Numbered from the stretch's first letter, positions 38,036 through 48,924 are shown. The stretch: DNA of 64,000 bases from Candidatus Hydrogenedentota bacterium (GCA_029974275.1 JARKSN010000288.1:32001-96000); one strand, 5' to 3'. Made by a program: numbers and translations. Notes: generated from the sequence alone by a model not told the origin.

Positions 38036-39307
38036 TCACCGAAATGCAATGCCCCGAGCCTGACCCGTGCGCACGAGCCACTGACGGGCTTGGCCCGCGG
38101 TGAAAACAGAGCCCGTGATAAGCAGCGGCGTTTCGGGGCCGGCGCAATCGAGACCGAGACGAATCGCAGCGGCAAGGTCTTCTGCGTGACGATGGGGGTG
38201 GCAGCCCGCGACCGCGCGCAGCCTCTCGATCGCCATGGCGCGAGCGCCCTCAAACTGGGTGAGGATAAGCGGCGCGGCAATGGGCGCAAGGGCGTCAATC
38301 ATGGCGCCCGCGTCCTTGTCAGCGGCGACGGCAAGGACGACAACGGCGCGCGCAAACTCCTGGGCTAGCCGTTGCGCGCCCGCCGCGTTGTGGGCGACAT
38401 CAATGATGACCGGCGGATCGTCCAAGACCCGCTCCAGACGGCATGGCCATTTCGCGGTCCGCAATCCTTCGACGATCGCGTCTTGCGTGATGCGCGGAAA
38501 TCCGGCGCGCAACCCCTCCAGCGCGGCCGCCGCCACCGCCGCATTCTCGCCCTGGAAACGCCCGGCAAGACCCAATGGGCTCGCCTCGATCCGCAATCCG
38601 GCGCTCTCGTAGCAAAACGACTGGGCAAACGGCGGACCGGTCACGCGGCAATCGAAATCCCGACCGATCGCCTTGACAGGGGCGCGGCATTCTCCGGCGC
38701 GGCTCAGGATGACGCTGCGCGGTCCGGGTTTGCGTTCTCCCACGACAAGCGGAACCCCGGGCTTGATAATTCCGGCTTTTTCGAAGGCGATTTTTTCAAG
38801 CGTGTCGCCAAGATACTGAAGATGGTCGAGATCGATGGTGGTGATGACGGTCTCGATGGGCGCGATTACGTTGGTCGAATCAAAACGCCCGCCCATGCCC
38901 ACTTCGATCACCGCGACATCGACCTCGCGGACATCAAACCAGCGGAATGCGACTGCGGTGAGCAATTCAAAATACGTCGGCGGATGGCGAAGCCCTTGGG
39001 CGACATCGCGAAAAAAGGCGATATGCGCGTCCAGCTCTTCCGCGCCAATGGGCTGCCCATCAATCAAAAAACGCTCGGAAACGTCGACAAGATGAGGGCT
39101 CGTGTACCGGCCCGTGCGGTACCCCGCCGCGCCCAACGCCGCGCTCAAAAACGCCGCGACGCTTCCCTTGCCGTTTGTTCCGGCGACGTGCACATGCAAC
39201 CGCCGGCTTTCGGGGCGTCCAGCCGCCGCCAGCAAAAAACGGATGTTCTCGAGCCCGAGCTTGATGCCGTGGAATTCAAGCCCGGCGAGATACTCGCGGG
39301 GCGTCAC
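38036..39307 (-). CDS. folC: Folylpolyglutamate synthase / dihydrofolate synthase
   Basis: HVAGTNGKGS, YTSPHL, EVGMGGRFDSTN, DH...LGDT...IA.EKAGI, DVAHN. Confidence 0.96.
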   Translation of the reverse strand: MTPREYLAGLEFHGIKLGLENIRFLLAAAGRPESRRLHVHVAGTNGKGSVAAFLSAALGAAGYRTGRYTSPHLVDVSERFLIDGQPIGAEELDAHIAFFRDVAQGLRHPPTYFELLTAVAFRWFDVREVDVAVIEVGMGGRFDSTNVIAPIETVITTIDLDHLQYLGDTLEKIAFEKAGIIKPGVPLVVGERKPGPRSVILSRAGECRAPVKAIGRDFDCRVTGPPFAQSFCYESAGLRIEASPLGLAGRFQGENAAVAAAALEGLRAGFPRITQDAIVEGLRTAKWPCRLERVLDDPPVIIDVAHNAAGAQRLAQEFARAVVVLAVAADKDAGAMIDALAPIAAPLILTQFEGARAMAIERLRAVAGCHPHRHAEDLAAAIRLGLDCAGPETPLLITGSVFTAGQARQWLVRTGQARGIAFR

Positions 39308-40155
39308 TGCGGCGTCAAATACCGAAGGAGCTTGCCAAGCAAGGGCCGCAATTCCGAGCGCTTGACGATTTGATCGATGAACCCGTTGGCAAATTGGTAT
39401 TCAGCGCTCTGAAAGCCTTCGGGAAGTTTCACCTTCAAAGCGCCCTCGATGAGCCGAGGCCCCGCAAAACCGATATGCGCATTGGGCTCGGCCAACGTAA
39501 TATCGCCCAGACTGGCAAAACTCGCATACACGCCCCCCGTAGTCGGATCGGTGAGCACGACAATATACGGAACGCCCGCCTCGTTCATCTCCAAAACGGC
39601 GTCCGCCGTCTTGGCCATCTGCATCAGGCTCAAAATGCCCTCTTCCATGCGCGCGCCGCCCGATGAGGTAAGCGTGATCAGGGGAACCCGCTCCCGAACC
39701 GCATCCGACGCGGCGCGGCAAAATTTCTCGCCCACCGCCGATCCCATGCTGCCGCCGCGAAACGTGAAATCCATGGCGGCCAACACCGTGCGCGACCCTT
39801 CCACGGCGGCAAAACCCGTCACCATAGCCTCATTCATCAAGGACTTCTGCTTGGCCTGGACCACCTTGTCGCGGTACGAATAATTCACCTCGCCGATGGA
39901 AAAACCCAACGGATCGTCGCTCTCAACGTCGGCATGGGTTTCCGCGAAAGTGCCCGGATCCGCAATCGTCTCGATGCGCTGCCGGGCGGACAGACGGCTG
40001 TGGTGCCCGCACAAAGGACAGACGGACAGGTTCTGCTCGACCTCCGCGCGGTACACCGCCTTTTTGCAGGCGGGACACTTCATCCAGAGACCGTCTGGAA
40101 CGGCGCTCTTGCGCCCAATAACCGAAACGAAACGGCGGCGGCTCAAAAACGACAT
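39304..40155 (-). CDS. accD: Acetyl-CoA carboxylase carboxyltransferase beta subunit
   Basis: LW.KCP.C...C..C zinc ribbon, GGSMG..VGE, SGGARM.EG..SLMQMAK, PTTGGV.ASF, GFAGPR. Confidence 0.97.
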   Translation of the reverse strand: MSFLSRRRFVSVIGRKSAVPDGLWMKCPACKKAVYRAEVEQNLSVCPLCGHHSRLSARQRIETIADPGTFAETHADVESDDPLGFSIGEVNYSYRDKVVQAKQKSLMNEAMVTGFAAVEGSRTVLAAMDFTFRGGSMGSAVGEKFCRAASDAVRERVPLITLTSSGGARMEEGILSLMQMAKTADAVLEMNEAGVPYIVVLTDPTTGGVYASFASLGDITLAEPNAHIGFAGPRLIEGALKVKLPEGFQSAEYQFANGFIDQIVKRSELRPLLGKLLRYLTPQ

Positions 40156-40170
40156 GGCGATTCCCGTCTC

Positions 40171-40899
40171 CTATGCGATCGGCGCGTTGACCGCGCCGGT
40201 CCCGTGAAACTCGGGGCAATACAGCAAGCGGCCGCAAAAATTGCACCCGTGCACGCGCCCGCCCAACACTTCGTTCACGATCTGCGCCGGCACGGCCATG
40301 TTGCAGCCAGAACAGTGATCGCCCCGAAGCGGCACCGCCGCGGGCCCCGTCTTCTTGCTGGCCCGAATGCGCTTGTACCGGTGCATCAACGCCGGCTCGA
40401 CCTGCGCCGCAAGGGGAACGCGCCGGGTCTCAAGCGCCCCGCGTTGCCGGACGGCCTCGGCCAACTCCTCATCGATTGCCGCGCATTGGGCCGCAATCGA
40501 TTTCATGTCGGACTCGATGCGCTTGCGATTCTCGGCCAAACTCACCTTGCCGTCATCAAGCTCCACCATGATGGAGATGACGCGCTCTTCCTGAATGGAT
40601 ATCTGCTTCTTAATCAGATCCATCTCGTGCAACAGCGCCTGGTATTCCTCGTTTTTCTTGACGCCCAGCAACTGCTGCTCGTACTTGGCCACTTGGCCCT
40701 TGTGCTTCTCGATCTCCCCTTCCGCCGCCCGCTGGGCCAACGTCAAATCGCGATACCCCTTCTCGCGCTCCTCAAGCTCGGAAGCAAGGCGCTTTCGCTG
40801 AATATCGAACTTGTTCTTCTGCTTAGGAATCTCCAGCTCGCGCAACTTGCACGCCTCGATCTGCAAATCCAACTCTTGAAGCTCTAACAGCGTTTTCAA
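40171..40899 (-). CDS. Coiled-coil protein with C4-type zinc ribbon (DUF164-like)
   Basis: LLELQELD..I, long coiled coil with EYQAL..E, CSGC...C..CGRLLY; TTG start after GAGGAG. Confidence 0.88.
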   Translation of the reverse strand: MKTLLELQELDLQIEACKLRELEIPKQKNKFDIQRKRLASELEEREKGYRDLTLAQRAAEGEIEKHKGQVAKYEQQLLGVKKNEEYQALLHEMDLIKKQISIQEERVISIMVELDDGKVSLAENRKRIESDMKSIAAQCAAIDEELAEAVRQRGALETRRVPLAAQVEPALMHRYKRIRASKKTGPAAVPLRGDHCSGCNMAVPAQIVNEVLGGRVHGCNFCGRLLYCPEFHGTGAVNAPIA

Positions 40900-40963
40900 C
40901 CGCGTGGTCTCCTCATCTCCGAATTCAACGAAAGCCCAACCCGGCAAATCCGTCCCGCGATTC

Positions 40964-40994
40964 AAATGAAAAGGCCGCAGCCAAAGCTGCGGCC
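40964..40994 (-). terminator. Intrinsic terminator after ilvC
   Basis: Minus strand GGCCGCAGC-TTTG-GCTGCGGCC-TTTTCATTT. Confidence 0.75.
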
Positions 40995-41001
40995 CGGAAC
41001 G

Positions 41002-41997
41002 TCACTTAATCCAGGGCATCATCTTACGAAGCCTGGCCCCCACCTCTTCAATGGGGTGGGCCGCATCGGCCGCCCGCAACTTCTTGAAGTTCTCGCCGCC
41101 AGCAGCATACTCGGCAAGCCACTCCTTCGCAAACTCGCCCGATTGAATGCGCTGAAGCGCGGCCCGCATGGCGTTTTTGGTCTCTTCGGTGACGATCTTC
41201 GGACCGACCGTCAAGCCGCCGTACTCGGCCGTGTCGCTCACGGAATAATTCATGAAGGCCAGACCGCCGCGGTAGTACAGATCAACGATCAGCTTGAGCT
41301 CGTGCATGATCTCGAAATACGCAATCTCCGGCTGATACCCCGCCTCGATCAGAACCTCAAAACCCGCCTTGATAAGCGCCGCCGAGCCGCCGCACAAAAC
41401 CGTCTGCTCGCCAAACAAATCCGTCTCCGTCTCTTCCTTGAACGTCGTCTCGAGAATGCCCGCGCGACCGCCGCCCAACGCCTTGCCATACGCCAAGGCG
41501 ATCTGCATCGCATTGCCCGTGGCATCCTGATGAATCGCGACCAGACACGGCACGCCGCCGCCCCGCGCATACTCGTCGCGCACAAGGTGACCGGGGCCCT
41601 TCGGGGCGATCATGAACACGTCAGTCTTCGCGTCCGGCTGGATGCACTTGAAGTGAATGTTGAACCCATGGGCGAACATCAGCGCGCTGCCCGGCTTCAG
41701 GTTCGGCTGGATGAACTTCTCGTAAATCGGCTTCTGCACGGTGTCGGGAACCAAAATGACGATGATGTCGCCGCGCTTGGCCGCCTCGGCAGCGTCAACG
41801 ACTTCAAAACCCGCCTCGGTCGCAGCCACGTAATTCTTGTTGTTCGGATCCTTGAGCTCAGCGACGATCACGTTGACGCCGCTGTCGCGCAGGTTCATCG
41901 CGTGCGCATGACCCTGACTTCCATAGCCAACGATGCTGACGGTCTTGCCCGACAACACCGAAAGGTCCGCATCCGCATCGTAGAACATCTTACTCAT
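41002..41997 (-). CDS. ilvC: Ketol-acid reductoisomerase
   Basis: [55 protein letters not shown]. Confidence 0.99.
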   Translation of the reverse strand: MSKMFYDADADLSVLSGKTVSIVGYGSQGHAHAMNLRDSGVNVIVAELKDPNNKNYVAATEAGFEVVDAAEAAKRGDIIVILVPDTVQKPIYEKFIQPNLKPGSALMFAHGFNIHFKCIQPDAKTDVFMIAPKGPGHLVRDEYARGGGVPCLVAIHQDATGNAMQIALAYGKALGGGRAGILETTFKEETETDLFGEQTVLCGGSAALIKAGFEVLIEAGYQPEIAYFEIMHELKLIVDLYYRGGLAFMNYSVSDTAEYGGLTVGPKIVTEETKNAMRAALQRIQSGEFAKEWLAEYAAGGENFKKLRAADAAHPIEEVGARLRKMMPWIK

Positions 41998-42502
41998 CGT
42001 CTTCGTTTCCTTTCTCTATCCGTTTCGGAGAGCGCCCAATGGCGATCTTGCCTGTCCTCACCAACTCGCGAATGCCAAAAGGCCGCAGCATGTCGATAAA
42101 CGCCGCAAGCTTTCCCTCGGACCCCGTCGCCTCAATGGTCATCGCATCCGATCCCATGTCGATAACCTTGGCGCGAAAAATGTCGGCAAGCTCCACGGCC
42201 TCGCCGCGCTTCCTTCCGGAAACGCCCACCTTGACCATCACCAGCTCGCGCTCGACATGGTCCTCGCGCGTGAGATCCTTCACCTCGATCGTGTCCGCAA
42301 GCTTGTTCAACTGCTTGATGATCTGCTCCAGCACGCGATCATCGCCCCGCACCACCACCGTCATCCGCGACACCGCGGGGTCCTCCGTCGTGCCCACGCA
42401 CAAGCTATCGATGTTGTAGCCCCGTGCGCTGAACAGCCCCGAAACCCGGGCCAGCACGCCAAAATGATTCTCGACGAGGATGCTGATCGTGTGCTTTTTC
42501 AT
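41990..42502 (-). CDS. ilvN: Acetolactate synthase small (regulatory) subunit
   Basis: [52 protein letters not shown]. Confidence 0.97.
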   Translation of the reverse strand: MKKHTISILVENHFGVLARVSGLFSARGYNIDSLCVGTTEDPAVSRMTVVVRGDDRVLEQIIKQLNKLADTIEVKDLTREDHVERELVMVKVGVSGRKRGEAVELADIFRAKVIDMGSDAMTIEATGSEGKLAAFIDMLRPFGIRELVRTGKIAIGRSPKRIEKGNEDDE

Positions 42503-42530
42503 GTCGCGTCCATTCATTCCCGCGCCGGTT

Positions 42531-43088
42531 TCAATGGAACCGGTTCATCGCCTTGTCCATCCCCTCGGTCACAAAGGCCAACACCGCATCCGCCGCGCGC
42601 GCAATCGATTCCGCCATGACAACCCGCTCCTCGGGGGTGAACACGCCGAGGACATGGTCGGCCAAATCAGCCTCTGCCCTATTCTCACCTACGCCTATGC
42701 GCAGTCGGGAAAACTCCTGCGTGCCTACGCGCTCAATGATCGACTTCAATCCGTTGTGACCGCCCGCACTGCCTTCCCTGCGAAAGCGAAGCCGACCCAA
42801 AGGCAAATTCACGTCGTCCGCGACCACGAGCAGATCGGCAAGACTGTCCACGGCGTTGCGAACCGCCTGAGCCACCGCCTGACCGCTCAAATTCATATAG
42901 GTCATCGGCTTGAGCAGCAACACCTTCGCGCCCTGCCATTGCCCCTGTGCGACAAGCCCCTGATACTTCTCGCGATCAAACGCGACCGCAAGACGCGCCG
43001 CCACCTCGTCCACCGTCATAAACCCGACATTGTGCCGCGTGCCTCGGTAGCGCGGCCCCGGATTTCCCAATCCCACAATCACCTTCAC
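42531..43088 (-). CDS. pth: Peptidyl-tRNA hydrolase
   Basis: IVGLGNPG..Y..TRHNVGF, KP.TYMNLSG, GSAGGHNGLKS, RLRIG. Confidence 0.98.
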   Translation of the reverse strand: MKVIVGLGNPGPRYRGTRHNVGFMTVDEVAARLAVAFDREKYQGLVAQGQWQGAKVLLLKPMTYMNLSGQAVAQAVRNAVDSLADLLVVADDVNLPLGRLRFRREGSAGGHNGLKSIIERVGTQEFSRLRIGVGENRAEADLADHVLGVFTPEERVVMAESIARAADAVLAFVTEGMDKAMNRFH

Positions 43089-43167
43089 GCGGACCGCCTT
43101 TCACGCAACGGCAAGACTATCGACGGCGCGAAAATGCGTCTTCTCATCCCATGCCCAACCCGCCGCG

Positions 43168-43830
43168 CTATTTCTTCGACTCGGTCTTGGCCTCGGCCTT
43201 GCCTTCAACCTTGGCTTCGCCCTCGCCCTCGCCTTCCTTGGCGGCGGTTTCCTCGCCGGACGTCAAACTGCGCGGCACATGCACCGCCGCGACCGTGCGA
43301 TCGGGATCCGTGATAATGGCGACGCCCCGAGCCGTCTGCACCGCCGACACGTGGATGCTGTCGCCCAGATTAAGCTGCGACACATCCACCTCGATTTTTT
43401 CGGGAACTTCCAGGGCCAAGCATTCCACTTCAAGCTCGCGGAGCTGCTGGTCCAACACGCCCCCCGCCACCACGCCCGGCGATTGCCCCACCAACACGAC
43501 CTGCACCAGCGTCGTGATGCGTTCGTCCAGCCGGATGCGCTGAAAATCGGCATGCAGCACCTGGCCCTTCAACGGATGATGCTGCACCTCCTTGATCATC
43601 GCCGGGCCGCTCAGCTCGGGCTTGTCCACGACGGCCAACTGCAACACGGCGTGCTCGCCGCCGCGCCCGTGGAGCACCTTCAGCAGCTCCTTCTTGTTCA
43701 CCGCCAGCGACACCGAATCCTGCCCGCCTCCATACAGCACCGTCGGCACCGACTCGCCGCACCGCGTTTGATGCGCCGCGCCCTTGCCGCTCGCGGACCG
43801 CGTCCTTACGTTCAGGGTCTGCAATTCCAT
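43168..43830 (-). CDS. rplY: 50S ribosomal protein L25 / general stress protein Ctc
   Basis: GKGAA...R....VP.VLYG, KEVQ.HP....LH.DF, GV..GG.L; lies between prs and pth. Confidence 0.95.
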   Translation of the reverse strand: MELQTLNVRTRSASGKGAAHQTRCGESVPTVLYGGGQDSVSLAVNKKELLKVLHGRGGEHAVLQLAVVDKPELSGPAMIKEVQHHPLKGQVLHADFQRIRLDERITTLVQVVLVGQSPGVVAGGVLDQQLRELEVECLALEVPEKIEVDVSQLNLGDSIHVSAVQTARGVAIITDPDRTVAAVHVPRSLTSGEETAAKEGEGEGEAKVEGKAEAKTESKK

Positions 43831-43852
43831 GATATCCACGCCTCCGTTTCTG

Positions 43853-44800
43853 CTACTGGAACAATATGCTCACCGACTCCTCGTGATGAATGCGCCGGAT
43901 GGCCTCGCCGATCAGCGGCGCAAACGACAACGTCTTGACCTTGGCGCACGACGCCGCGCACAGCGCCAACGAAATCGTGTCGCTCACGAACACCTCGCTC
44001 AGCGCCGACTCCTCAATCCGTTCAATGGCCTCGCCGCTGAACACCGGGTGCGTCGCGCACGCAACGACATCGGTCGCGCCGTGCTCCTTAACCGCCGCCG
44101 CCGCCTTGACCAACGTGCCCGCCGTATCGATCATGTCATCAAAAATGATCGCCTGCTTGCCGCTCACGTCGCCAATGACATTCATCACTTCCGAAACGTT
44201 GGCCTTCGGGCGACGCTTATCCACAATGGCCAGACGCGCCTCGATCCGATTGGCGAAATCCCGCGCCCGATGCACGCTGCCCGTGTCCGGCGACACGACC
44301 ACCGCATTCGAAACGCCGCGATCCATAAAATGCTTCGCGAACACCACCTGACCGTTCAGATGATCCACCGGAATGTCGAAAAACCCTTGAATCTGCCCGC
44401 AATGCAAATCCGCCGTCAATACGCGATCCACCCCCGCCGCCACAATCAAGTTCGACACCAGTTTCGCCGTGATCGGCACGCGAGGCCGATCCTTGCGATC
44501 CTGTCGCGCATAGCCGAAATACGGCAACACCGCCGTGACGCGCGCCGCCGAAGCGCGACGGGCCGCATCGATCAAAATCAACAATTCGAGCAAATGATCA
44601 TTCACCGGCGTCGACGTGCTATTGATGATGAACACGTCCTTGCCGCGAATGTTTTCGCCTATCTGAACCTGAATTTCACTGTCGCTGAACTGGTCCACCG
44701 TCGCGCGGCCCAGCTCAATGCCGAGATGGTCGCACACGCCCCGCGCCAAGTTGCGCGACGCATTGCCCGTAAACACCCTCATCTCTTTGCTGTACGCCAC
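43853..44800 (-). CDS. prs: Ribose-phosphate pyrophosphokinase
   Basis: FSD.E, PYFGYARQDRK..PRVPITAK, DLH..QIQGFF, VVSPD.G, DDMIDTAGT. Confidence 0.98.
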   Translation of the reverse strand: MAYSKEMRVFTGNASRNLARGVCDHLGIELGRATVDQFSDSEIQVQIGENIRGKDVFIINSTSTPVNDHLLELLILIDAARRASAARVTAVLPYFGYARQDRKDRPRVPITAKLVSNLIVAAGVDRVLTADLHCGQIQGFFDIPVDHLNGQVVFAKHFMDRGVSNAVVVSPDTGSVHRARDFANRIEARLAIVDKRRPKANVSEVMNVIGDVSGKQAIIFDDMIDTAGTLVKAAAAVKEHGATDVVACATHPVFSGEAIERIEESALSEVFVSDTISLALCAASCAKVKTLSFAPLIGEAIRRIHHEESVSILFQ

Positions 44801-44834
44801 GTCGCCACCACCCCTCGTTGCTCCCATGATGTCT

Positions 44835-44909
44835 TGGCTGGGGCGGTAGGATTCGAACCTACGAATGTCGGCTCCAAAGGCCGATGCCTTACCACTTGGC
44901 GACGCCCCA
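44835..44909 (-). tRNA. tRNA-Gln(TTG)
   Basis: Minus strand TGGGGCGTCGCCAAGTGGTAAGGCA-TCGGC-CT TTG GA-GCCGA...GGTTCGAATCC...GCCCCAGCCA; usual position upstream of prs. Confidence 0.97.
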
Positions 44910-45059
44910 CCACGCAGTCCCGCGGACCACAACGCGTTGCAACCATGATCGCGACGAACAAGGCCTCGGCCCAGTCGCCGCAACACCGCCGCAGCGCACC
45001 GCGCCTGGCGCTTGTCCTGCGCCAAAAACGCCGCCGCTCCGCGTCCAGACAAGTCCTGG

Positions 45060-45089
45060 AGTATAGCAACCGCCCAAACCTCAAGTCAA
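45060..45089 (-). promoter_or_regulatory. Sigma70-type promoter for the tRNA-Gln-prs operon
   Basis: Minus strand TTGACT-18nt-TATACT with TG extended -10. Confidence 0.65.
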
Positions 45090-45302
45090 AAGCCCTGCCA
45101 GCCGCCCAACCGCGACGATCCGGGACCGGTTCCGGGCCAGGAAATGCGCCGGAAAAAACAGACACGCACGCCGCAAAACGGCCCCCACGCCCACGCCGGA
45201 CATTCCCGCCAGGCATTTCCAGACACGCAACCGGCGCAGCAAGAGGGAAACGCCCCCGGCTGCGCCGCTGCGATCACACGAATTCTCCGAACATCCGCCG
45301 CC

Positions 45303-48300
45303 TCACGACTGGATATCGGCGTGGTACTCCTGCAACGCGCGCACCGCACACCTGTCCCGACGATGCGCCGCAATGCCTTTCGCCGCGGCCAACGCCGCCG
45401 CAATGGTCGTCACATACGGTATCCGATGCTTGATCGCGGCTTTCCGGATGTACGAATCGTCGCTATCCCCCTGCTTTCCCGAAGGCGAATTGACGACAAG
45501 CGTAATCTCGCCATTCGTGATCGCGTCCACAATGTCCGGACGGCCTTCCTGCATCTTGTTGATGCGCGCACATTCGACGCCGTTCTCCGCGAGAAACGCG
45601 TGCGTGCCCTTGGTCGCATGGATCGCAAACCCCAATTCGGCCAAACGCTGGGCCACCTCGACCGCGGCAGCCTTGTCCGCGTCGGCGACGGTCATCAACA
45701 CGGCCCCGTGCAACGGCAACCGCTGCTGCGCGGCCTCCTGCGACTTGTAAAACGCCATGCCAAAACTCCGCGCCATGCCCAACACCTCGCCCGTGGACCG
45801 CATCTCCGGACCCAGCACGGGATCCACCTCGGGGAACATATTGAACGGAAACACCGACTCCTTCACGCCGTAATGCGGAATCGCGCTGTGCTTGAGGTTC
45901 ATATCCGCGAGCTTCTTGCCGAGCATGACCTGCGTCGCGATGCGCGCCATGGGAATGTTGCACACCTTCGACACCAGCGGCACCGTGCGCGACGCGCGCG
46001 GATTGGCCTCGAGCACGTACACGCGGTCATTCGCGATCGCGTACTGCATGTTCATCAACCCCACGACGCCCAACTCGATGGCGATCTTCTTGGTGTACTC
46101 GCCAATCGTGTCGAGATGCTTCGCGGGGATGCTGATCGGCGGAATCACGCACGCCGAATCGCCGGAATGAATCCCCGCGCGCTCAATGTGCTCCATAATC
46201 GCCGGCACAAACGCATCGGAGCCGTCGGCAATGGCGTCCGCCTCCACCTCGATGGCATTCTCCAAAAACTTGTCAATAAGAATCGGTCGGTCCGGCGTGA
46301 CATCCACCGCCGCCGCGACGTAGCGACGCAGCATCTGCTCATCGTGGACGACTTCCATTCCGCGGCCGCCCAATACATACGAAGGACGCACCATCAACGG
46401 GTAGCCAATCTCGTCCGCAATGGCCAACGCCTGCTCCAGCGTGCTGGCCATGCCCGATTTCGGCATGGGAATCCCAAGACGCTCCATGACCTTGCGGAAC
46501 CGGTCGCGATCCTCGGCAAGATCAATCGTGTCCGGCGACGTGCCAACGATGGGGACGCCGAGGGCGGCCAATTCCCCCGCAATGTTCAACGGCGTTTGCC
46601 CCCCAAACTGCACGATGACCCCGTCCGGCTTCTCTTTCAGATAAATGCTATACACGTCCTCGACGGTCAGCGGCTCGAAATACAGCTTGTTCGACGTGTC
46701 ATAGTCCGTCGAAACGGTTTCGGGATTGCAATTCACCATGACCGACTCGAGCCCCTCATCGCGGATCGCGAACGCGGCATGCACGCAGCAATAGTCGAAC
46801 TCGATGCCCTGCCCGATGCGATCGGGTCCGCCCCCAAGCACCATGATTTTGCGATTCGGCGACACCGACACGGAATCGGACGCGTTGTACGTCGAGAAAT
46901 AGTATGCCGCGTTCTCGACGCCGCTCACGGGAACGGCCTCCCACGCCTCCACGACGCCCAAACGCGTGCGCCGATCGCGAATGTCCCGCTCGGGCACGCC
47001 CAGGATTTTGGCGAGATACTTGTCCGCAAACCCATCCTGCTTCGCCTGAACCAGCAACGCATCCGGAACGGTCCCGCCCTTGCATGCGAGGATTTTCTCC
47101 TCCAACTCGACGAGTTCCTTCATCTGCTGAATAAACCACTCCTTGATGTGCGTCCGGCGATGCAGATCCGCGACGTCCGCGCCTTTGCGCAACGCCTCAT
47201 ACATCAAGAATTGACGCTCGCTCGTAGGCGTGTTCAGCAACTTGAGCAACTGGTCGAGCGATTTCTCATGGAAATCCTTGGCGAACCCCAAGCCATGCCG
47301 CCCCGATTCAAGCGACCGGATAGCCTTCTGCAAGGCCTCCTTATAGTTCTTGCCAATGCTCATCACTTCGCCGACGGCCCGCATCTGCGTGCCGAGCCTG
47401 TCCTCGACGCCCTTGAACTTCTCGAAGGCCCAGCGCGCGAATTTCACCACCACGTACTCGCCGGACGGCGTATACCTCTCCAACGTCCCGTCGCGCCAAT
47501 ACGGAATCTCATCCAGCGTAACGCCGCTCGCCAGCATGGCCGACACCATCGCAATCGGGAAGCCCGTCGCCTTGGAAGCCAACGCCGACGACCGCGACGT
47601 GCGCGGATTGATCTCGATCACGACGACCCGGCCGGTCTTGGGATCATGCGCAAATTGAATGTTCGTGCCGCCGATAACCTCGATCGCCTCGACAATGTCG
47701 TAGGAATATCGCTGCAACCGCTTCTGCAGCTCCGGCCCGATCGTCAACATCGGAGCCGTGCAATACGAGTCGCCGGTGTGAACCCCCATCGCATCGACAT
47801 TCTCGATGAAACACACCGTAATCATCTGATTCTTCGCGTCGCGCACGACCTCGAGTTCCAGTTCCTCCCACCCAAGAACCGACTCTTCGACCAAAACCTG
47901 ATGCACCAAGCTCACCGCCAGCCCGCGCGCGGCGACCGTCCGCAATTCCTCGACGTTGTAAACCATGCCGCCGCCCGTGCCACCCATCGTATACGCCGGC
48001 CGCAGCACCACCGGATACCCCAGGCCTTCCGCGATGCGCTCCGCCTCTTCCACGGTATAGGCCAACTCGCTCTTGGGCATCTCGATGCCCAAACGGTTCA
48101 TCGTTTCCTTGAACGCCGCCCGATCCTCGCCGCGCTCGATGGCGTCCAACTGCACCCCAATCACCTTGACCCCGAACGCGTCCAGCACGCCCGTCTTCGC
48201 GAGCTCCGAGGAAAGATTCAGCCCGGATTGGCCGCCCAGATTCGGCAACAACGCATCCGGACGCTCCTTCTCGATGATCCGGGCGATCGTTTCGACGTTG

Positions 48301-48506
48301 AGCGGCTCGATGTACGTGACATCGGCCATGCCCGGATCCGTCATGATCGTGGCCGGATTCGAATTCACCAGCACAATCTCATACCCCAATTTACGCAAGG
48401 CCTTGCACGCCTGCGTCCCCGAGTAATCAAACTCGCAGGCTTGCCCAATCACGATTGGCCCCGACCCGATGATCATGACTTTCCGGATATCGTTTCTGCG
48501 TGGCAT
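45303..48506 (-). CDS. carB: Carbamoyl-phosphate synthase large subunit
   Basis: IGSGPIVIGQACEFDYSG.QAC, NSNPATIMTD, HTGDS, NPR.SRSSALASKATG, second ATP-grasp half, MGS domain. Confidence 0.99.
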   Translation of the reverse strand: MPRRNDIRKVMIIGSGPIVIGQACEFDYSGTQACKALRKLGYEIVLVNSNPATIMTDPGMADVTYIEPLNVETIARIIEKERPDALLPNLGGQSGLNLSSELAKTGVLDAFGVKVIGVQLDAIERGEDRAAFKETMNRLGIEMPKSELAYTVEEAERIAEGLGYPVVLRPAYTMGGTGGGMVYNVEELRTVAARGLAVSLVHQVLVEESVLGWEELELEVVRDAKNQMITVCFIENVDAMGVHTGDSYCTAPMLTIGPELQKRLQRYSYDIVEAIEVIGGTNIQFAHDPKTGRVVVIEINPRTSRSSALASKATGFPIAMVSAMLASGVTLDEIPYWRDGTLERYTPSGEYVVVKFARWAFEKFKGVEDRLGTQMRAVGEVMSIGKNYKEALQKAIRSLESGRHGLGFAKDFHEKSLDQLLKLLNTPTSERQFLMYEALRKGADVADLHRRTHIKEWFIQQMKELVELEEKILACKGGTVPDALLVQAKQDGFADKYLAKILGVPERDIRDRRTRLGVVEAWEAVPVSGVENAAYYFSTYNASDSVSVSPNRKIMVLGGGPDRIGQGIEFDYCCVHAAFAIRDEGLESVMVNCNPETVSTDYDTSNKLYFEPLTVEDVYSIYLKEKPDGVIVQFGGQTPLNIAGELAALGVPIVGTSPDTIDLAEDRDRFRKVMERLGIPMPKSGMASTLEQALAIADEIGYPLMVRPSYVLGGRGMEVVHDEQMLRRYVAAAVDVTPDRPILIDKFLENAIEVEADAIADGSDAFVPAIMEHIERAGIHSGDSACVIPPISIPAKHLDTIGEYTKKIAIELGVVGLMNMQYAIANDRVYVLEANPRASRTVPLVSKVCNIPMARIATQVMLGKKLADMNLKHSAIPHYGVKESVFPFNMFPEVDPVLGPEMRSTGEVLGMARSFGMAFYKSQEAAQQRLPLHGAVLMTVADADKAAAVEVAQRLAELGFAIHATKGTHAFLAENGVECARINKMQEGRPDIVDAITNGEITLVVNSPSGKQGDSDDSYIRKAAIKHRIPYVTTIAAALAAAKGIAAHRRDRCAVRALQEYHADIQS

Positions 48507-48749
48507 ACGGCTCCCTCTTCGTGTGTTCGCGCCGCCCAGAACGAAACGGCGCAGGATGGATGGACGCCCCAAGCAGGGCGCTGCACGGACGGTGCCCGGT
48601 GTCGTGTGCAGCGCCACCATTTAAGGCGAAACGACCCGCCCGTTTCAAGAAGGAAGAGCATCGGCCTCGGCGCCCCCAGATAGGCAAGCCCGGGTTGTTT
48701 TTTGGGGGGGGGACCATCCTGGGTTCACGGCGCGAGACCAGGCGATTTC

Positions 48750-48779
48750 TTGACGCGCCCCGAACCGCCAAGGTAAGCT
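48750..48779 (+). promoter_or_regulatory. Sigma70-type promoter for the sugar transferase
   Basis: TTGACG-18nt-TAAGCT. Confidence 0.45.
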
Positions 48780-48924
48780 AGCGTGGCGGATCGCCATGCC
48801 TGCAGGGCGTTCTGGCCACAAGGCTGTGTTTGGGATCGTTGTTGCGTGGAGCAACGCGAGGCGCGACCACGGAGACGCGCATAACCATCCTGTTCAGGGC
48901 GCAAGGATAGCGACGTTGCCATAC

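Noticed and set aside
44217..44225. TTATCCACA DnaA box
   Set aside because: Single copy inside the prs coding sequence; expected by chance
44801..45052. N-terminal extension of prs in the ORF track
   Set aside because: Reads through tRNA-Gln; not coding
45012..48683. 1223-aa plus-strand ORF
   Set aside because: Antisense shadow of carB in GC-rich DNA with no motifs; the same applies to the many other long antisense ORFs in the track
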